From the NCBI RefSeq assembly GCF_009914755.1, contig NC_060925.1: a stretch of 64,000 nt of DNA; one strand, 5' to 3'. Source of the stretch: the human T2T-CHM13v2.0 reference genome, Homo sapiens. Positions 57,053 through 64,000 of this stretch are shown piece by piece (within the stretch, counting starts at the first letter, position 1; every line of letters begins with the position of its first letter). A program made the position numbers and the translations under genes. Below the pieces are notes generated by a model. That model was not told where the DNA came from. It worked only from the letters and a program-made list of their open reading frames with translations, and searched no databases.

Positions 57053-58040
57053 CTGACCTTCAGCTTATTCGTCACCTCTTCATTTTGAGTAGGTGGAAAA
57101 GTGAGCAGTACTTTTTCAATGGACTTCACAATGTCTCTACCCAGAAAGATGTAACTTAAAATATTAGTGTTTTCACAAGACCCTTTATACTGACTTTTTA
57201 GAAGGCATCCTGGTGGTAAAGCTGTACAAAGGCCCAGGCAAGAAGGAAAACGCAAAGTTACAGGTGGTCTTTAGCAAACCACCCACTTTTATTATGGAGT
57301 CAAGGGAACCTTCTCCAGGTGTTAACAGCATTCTATACATTCTCTGAAGGTATCCAACACGGAACTGTCTTCCAGCAATTCTGGAAGTTACTAGGAATCT
57401 AAACACTTAGAAGAATAGAGCAAGGATTAAAAGCTGTGAACAAAATACAGATACCACCATAAAGACAAGATTAGAAGGATCCAGTTTTTAGAAGCTTCCA
57501 ATTAAGTTAAAATTCAAGAACAAAATTATATGTGTGTGCGTGTGTGTGTATAATGCCAAAAATGTTGTAATGTAGGTCAAATTAGTTCATCTCAATTTAG
57601 GGAGCACAGAATATGACCTTTCAGGTGCTATGTGCTTTCTAACCCACAGAACACACCCAGTATCTGAGCAACAGGAAGCTAGGATGGGTTTGAACACAAA
57701 AATGTAAGAATCGCCCACAGGATTTGAAGCAGAGTCCAGCAAGTCTTTATTCCGAGTCCAACAATAACAGAACACTTAGCAGGAGGGCATTGTGCAGAAA
57801 CCACTTATCTGAGGATTATTAGTATATTTGCAATTTCTTTGGCATCTCCTCCCACTCTTCCCACAAAGACATGAACTCTGAGAAACCTTCACCCTCCTGT
57901 AGAAGGCTTCCCTTTTTCCTCCAAAATCCCCAACCAACAGACTACACTAACTTACTGTCATGAAAAGCATAGGCTCACACTCCACACAGGGATTGCCAGA
58001 TACTTCGTGTAACAGCGTAAGAAGAGAAAGATAAAGGGTT

Positions 58041-58076
58041 TTGGCTGATGGAATAACTCATTATTCCATCAGCCAA
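58041..58076. repeat. Perfect 16-bp inverted repeat with a 4-nt loop
   Basis: ttggctgatggaataa-ctca-ttattccatcagccaa. Confidence 0.97.
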
Positions 58077-59657
58077 GGCCTGTGTAAATGTTTACCCATT
58101 AATGGAAAGTCAAAGCACACACATCTTAGAGGCATGTTAATGTAGGATTTCATCAGGCACCATAAATCAGCAGGCCAGTTTTCCTCACACACAAGTTTCG
58201 TACTTCAGTTCAGATAGAGTAGAAACACCATCCTCAGAATTTATATACATTTGATCTAACTGATTAGGTTCCACACTGCTCTTTTGTTCACTATAAACAA
58301 AAAGATGTAAAAAGAATTCCCAAACTGCCACAGCATGAATTGAAAACATACCATCTGCAGCTGCTTAGCCGCAGCTACTGCCCCCAAATCAAATGAAAGG
58401 CTCAAGAAATGCTCAGCTGTGTTCTTATTGCTCGGGAGGTTCCCGGAATCCTTCCATGATTAAGTTATTGGCAAAAATTAGCAATATATGCATAGCCCAT
58501 CTATAATACACCTCGAGCAGACAGCAGCATTCAAAAGGAAAGGAATGCAACTTTCGAATTATCAAAATGCCATGATGCTCCTGTTAAAAACCATTTAGCC
58601 TTTCCATCTTACAAAAATTTGAAATGTCATTTATTTTAACCAAGAGTTTTCTGCCTCTTTTTCTAATTTGATAGTGGAAAGTGACAAATGCATCCTTATC
58701 ACTAAGTTTTCATTCTTTTGCATGTCTTCATTCAAGAACATGAACACTCCAATCTCTAGGAGAAAATTCCAGTCCAAAGCTGGATATAATCCCTTAACTT
58801 AGAGCAAACAAGTGTAAGCCTCTACTCTCAAAACATTCTGAGAGGAATAAGCTCATGTTCATAGTACACTGTGGATGTTATGAGGTGACCCTCTGGAAAG
58901 AATATTTATGTCTGGTATCATCAGAATTACTGCTACACATCCTTGGAAACCACAAGATAACTCTAGAGACACAAAACTCAAGAGCCCAAGAATGGTGGCC
59001 ACACTCCATCTCCTGCCCCTGACACCATGGTGCACTGACCACAGCACTTGCTGCCCTTGAGCTTGGACACAGGCTCGGAATCTACTCCACACGGTCTCCA
59101 AAGTGGCCACTAAAATCGATCAGAATCGTCACTTCAAGAGTTTTTCAAGGTGCTAGCCAGCAGTCTGCTGAAGGTCCTTTCAGGCTAAAGCAGCACAACG
59201 TGAGCTCATTAGAGAAGGAGAAAATCACACACACAACTGCTTCCTTACTATTTGCCCCGACCCCATCCCAGCTCCTCAGAGTATGAGATGGCCCCTGGAC
59301 TCCAGTGGAACTTCCTCTGAATCACAGGAAAGCCAGAGGGCCCTGCAGTCATTCGAAAGGTTTTTGCTCCCAAGAAACCCTCTGGCTCCTGAATAAGTGA
59401 TTACCATTATTCCATTCATCAAGTGTCTCTTAAGCCTTCTATTATGAGTCTGAATTTTAAACAGGGACTAGGTCTTTTATTACATCCCCTGATCCATGTC
59501 TCCAGTAACATTTCTTTCGAAGTTATAGAATCTGTCAACAATCTAATTATTAGACTTTACCCTCCCTTCCTCCACCCAGAACTAAACTACTTCCAATGAG
59601 GGGGGGCAGGGAGGACTCTATCTTGAGAAATATTATTAGAAAATCTACTGTATTTCC

Positions 59658-59774
59658 AGAATAAGAGCACCACAAGGGCAACACCCTGTCTGCCTTACTC
59701 ACCACCATAACCTGAGTCCCTAGAACTGTGTCTGGTAAAAAAAGAACATGTAATAAATAGCTGACGAATGAATA
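59658..59774 (+). mobile_element. L2 3' end
   Basis: agggcaacaccctgtctgccttactcacc...cctagaactgtgtctgg...aataaatagctgacgaatgaat. Confidence 0.65.
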
Positions 59775-60179
59775 CATCTGAGCACCAGCTATACGATAGG
59801 CAGCTTTTCTCGATAAATCCTCTCCATAATACTATGACACAGACTGAATTTTTTGCACTTACAGGTTCAGAAATGGGGACTTTTAGAGAGGAAGCCGCTG
59901 ACTGACATACAGGCCCCATAGCCATGGAGATGGCCCCTCAGTCTTAGCCCATGTCTGATCTATCCAAAATGTGTTCTGTATCTTGGGAGTACAGTATAGC
60001 AAAAAGAGCTCAAGATCACAAGGACTTTTATCCTACAGTAGAGAGGAATACTAACTAGGGAAGCCCCCAACACAAGAGTTCTAACATCCAGCATCACACA
60101 AAGCATCATAAAACCCGCTGGGCAAAGCAGAACCAAACAATTGGCAATGCTAATTCCACAAGACTAGAACAGAAGCCCA

Positions 60180-60549
60180 GGGATAACCAGCTACACGACA
60201 TTCCCTAGCATCCCCTGAAATTAGGTCAGGTCATAGTAAGAGCTCCAGAAGAATGAGAGTGGAAGGGATGGAGGAGACCCTTCTGGGCCAGCCCTTTAGG
60301 TGATGCACACCTGGGTGCCCCTTCCACCTCAACAAGCCTCAGCGCAGACCACTCAGGGCAATGCAGTGAGGCTGGGCCCTATGGTGGCAGACACAGATGG
60401 AAGGAACCTGAATCCACACGTGTCAGGTGGAGGAGAGCAGCCTACCTGTCCGGACTTTGGGCTGTCACCCTAGAAAGAAATCAGCTTTTCCACTGCCAGA
60501 GCATTTTGTAGTGTCTCTTACAGCAGGCAGAGCTACCTTAACCAATACA
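60180..60549 (+). mobile_element. MLT1 (H/I/J-like) MaLR LTR
   Basis: agatggaaggaacctgaatcc...ggaggagagcagcc...ttacagcag...ccttaaccaataca. Confidence 0.6.
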
Positions 60550-61334
60550 GCCCTAAGGAAAAGTCTTCCCACCTTGATGGCACATTCCACATGCAAAACC
60601 ACCATTAACCCGGTACAGCTGATGAAAACGTTTTAGTACTTTCATTTATGTTTGGAGAGGTTTAGCAACTCAGAACTTCAGTAGTAGAAGAAATAGAAAA
60701 GCGGGTGGTTAACTAAGTCTAGAATTTTATTTTTAGGTCAACTAGGTTTTCATTTTGCCAGCCAGTTCTCTTCAGCATAAGTGATTGAAAATCTGTATTT
60801 TTTCAGGGCTAATTGATTAGTCTCCTTCACATATTATCATAAAACTGAACTCAGGAAATTTTTTTAGTTTTAATAATTGTTGCATTTGAAATAATTGGAA
60901 ATAATTTGAATTAATTAGAAATAATTCCTCAGTTTTGCAAAGATAAACAGATTTATTTCCATTCACCTAAAATTTTCTAAGTATCAGATACAAATAAACC
61001 AGTAATATGTCAGGATCCATCTCTTCAGAAGCAAAGTTGCTCAGCTCAATGCTGTGAGCTGGCCTGAGCCAGGCCCGCAGCAAGTGTCAGCCAACTAACA
61101 AAAGAAGCACCTCATCTCCAGAATGAATGGGTGGGATGTAAGATGAGACCCAGTGGGGAAACTGCCAAATCAGATAGGAAAATCACACCCCTGTAAGGAA
61201 AAGGGAAGTTGAGATGTGACTGAAGATAAATACATAAATATCTGACAGAAATTGCTCCTAAAATCATCTGACAAATGGATATGACCTCTGAAAAGGTCAT
61301 GTGATCAAGATGAAGGCAAAGAAAACCCAGTGTG

Positions 61335-61952
61335 GTCATATAAAGTATACAACAAAGTAAAAATAAATAAATTATGCTGAATTTTGAAAGCAGCTTTATA
61401 CACAAGAGTGCATACTGCATGATTCCATTTACATCACATGCAAGAACATGCAAAACTTATCAATGGCCCTAAAAAAAAAAGGAACAAAGGTTGCCTCAGA
61501 TAAAGGTGGGAAACAAAAAGAGTAAGTTGACCGGGCAGGGACATCAGAGAACTTTCAGAAGTGGGAGAAACATTTCACATCCTAATAGAAGTATGGGCCA
61601 TATGGGTGTATGCATTTATCAAAACTCCCAGAATGATACACTTAAGATTTGTGCATTTCACTCTATACCTTTTACTTCAAAAAATGTAAAACTTTTTAAC
61701 TCGTTTACAATATACATGCCGAAGTGTTTAGTGATAAAAGTGTAAAAAGTGTGCAACTTACTCTGAAATGCATCCAAAAAATAAAATGGATTGATGGATG
61801 GGTAGAAGACGGAGAGACATCTATAAAGCAAATAAAGCCAGACCTAACAACTGTGGGATCCAGGAGGTGGGTACAGAGGTGTCCACTACACCACACAATA
61901 TTTTCAGCTTTTCTGTAAGATTGCAAATTTGCATGATAAAACGTTGGGGGAA
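61335..61952 (+). mobile_element. L1ME 3' UTR
   Basis: agagtgcatactgcatgattccattta...acacttaagatttgtgcatttcact...gcaacttactctgaaatgcatc. Confidence 0.8.
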
Positions 61953-62203
61953 AGTATATGGTGATTACACTGAGATTTACTGGTTTAAATAAATCTCAGA
62001 AGTTTAAAGCAGAACGCAAATCTTACCCAGCACTTACTGTTAGTTCATGAGACATAAGATAGGAAGTGGACTGAAGGAAGGGAGCATCAGCAGCAAACGA
62101 ACAACACCCCAGAGACCTGGGGGCGGAAGGGATGCTCAGGCGAGGCGAGCTCTTTTTGTCCACAGACATCCTTCCTAATGTCGCCTCAGTTTAAAACTCT
62201 TGT

Positions 62204-62531
<328 letters not shown>

Positions 62532-63555
62532 TCACTTCAGTGTATCAATTATCAAGTTATATATTCCTAAGTATAAAGTCTCAAAACAAAACACATGACC
62601 TTGAGTTGCAAATATAATACTATGTGTATATTCTGTCAACTAACTGAAATGAATTCAGTAATTTTATACCAAAACGTCATTTATATCTCTGTATATCCAA
62701 AGTAATTTTTCCTTTAGTTTTATGACACAGTCTATAACCTTCAGTAAATTACAGTGAGGAAAAAAAACATAATGACCATCTTACGTGATAGACAAAGTAA
62801 TTATCACCACTTTGAAAATACTGTCCGTCACTTCTCCTTAATGTTGCTTTTGTTAATAAAATGCATCTCTGGAGTTGCAAAACCTAAACCAGGCAAAAAG
62901 ATGAGTTTGTATTTAAGCAGATCATTTTAATAGAGATAGTACTGTGATCAAAGGAACAACTGAGAGTGTTCTGTATGTATCTTCTGGTCTTGGAGAGGGC
63001 CTACAGTTTCCCTGCACACAAGAGGCCCTCAACAAAAACTCAAATCCTAACCATTTTCCAAAGCTTAACTCAAGTTCTATCTTCCTTGAATGTTTTCCTA
63101 ACCATGCAAACCCACCTTATTCTCAGCTAACCACACAGTCTTTCATCTGAAAGAAGCTGTAGCGCCCATCTATCATATGGTCTCATTTACACAGGAATCT
63201 TTTTCTAATACACCTGACACATAGCCATCAACTCTGCCCAAGTTAGTTAGTTCATCACCTAAGAAGGCAGTGCATTCATCACCTAATAAGGTAGCCCATG
63301 CTACTACACAATAGCTCTAGTGATTAAATCATGCCCTCTGATAGTTCTGAATCAGTAACATCAGGAAGTTTAACTAGAAGAACACTCAAAGTCCCTCCGA
63401 GGACTAAATTCTAAGAGTCAGTTAATTTGCTGACTCTGCCTGACAGCTACCCAGGACGGGATGGAAGGGATGGAAGGACAAGATCCCTGTCCTCAGGGGT
63501 CTCACACCCTAGGGTGCCCCTGTTAACTTGGAAATCTTAGAATGCCAGCATTTAA

Positions 63556-64000
<445 letters not shown>

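Overview
Primate genomic DNA. AluJ, AluS and AluY elements are present, so it is catarrhine and probably human. The window reads as the interior of one or more large introns. No protein-coding gene can be named from the sequence, and the ORF track is explained by chance ORFs and transposon remnants. The host gene is probably on the minus strand: most L1 and LTR copies lie on +, the + strand looks A-rich by eye, and the best splice-signal pairs are on minus (49-nt exon candidate 18013-18061, 36-nt micro-exon candidate 34931-34966, ATG-bearing exon end 36077-36131). Recognisable mobile elements include about 15 Alus, a near full-length Tigger1, a full-length THE1 (LTR-int-LTR with a perfect CTGAC target-site duplication), solo LTRs (MER21, MSTA/B, THE1B, MER39, MLT1, and MER41B nested in a MER34/LTR29-like LTR), Charlie1a/1b, MER3, MER5, and L1/L2/MIR fragments. 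The most unusual structures are: a rearrangement cluster at 7.3-10.05 kb (two Alus at one target site, a young A-B-A-A-B composite Alu/(GT)n tandem repeat, and a ~300-bp copy of the flank 2.44 kb away); a tail-to-tail inverted Alu pair separated only by a poly(A) run at 51.6-52.2 kb; and a perfect 16-bp inverted repeat at 58041-58076. I found no evidence of a new multi-gene biological system. Subfamily calls come from my memory of consensus sequences, not from a RepeatMasker run, and the boundaries of old elements are approximate.
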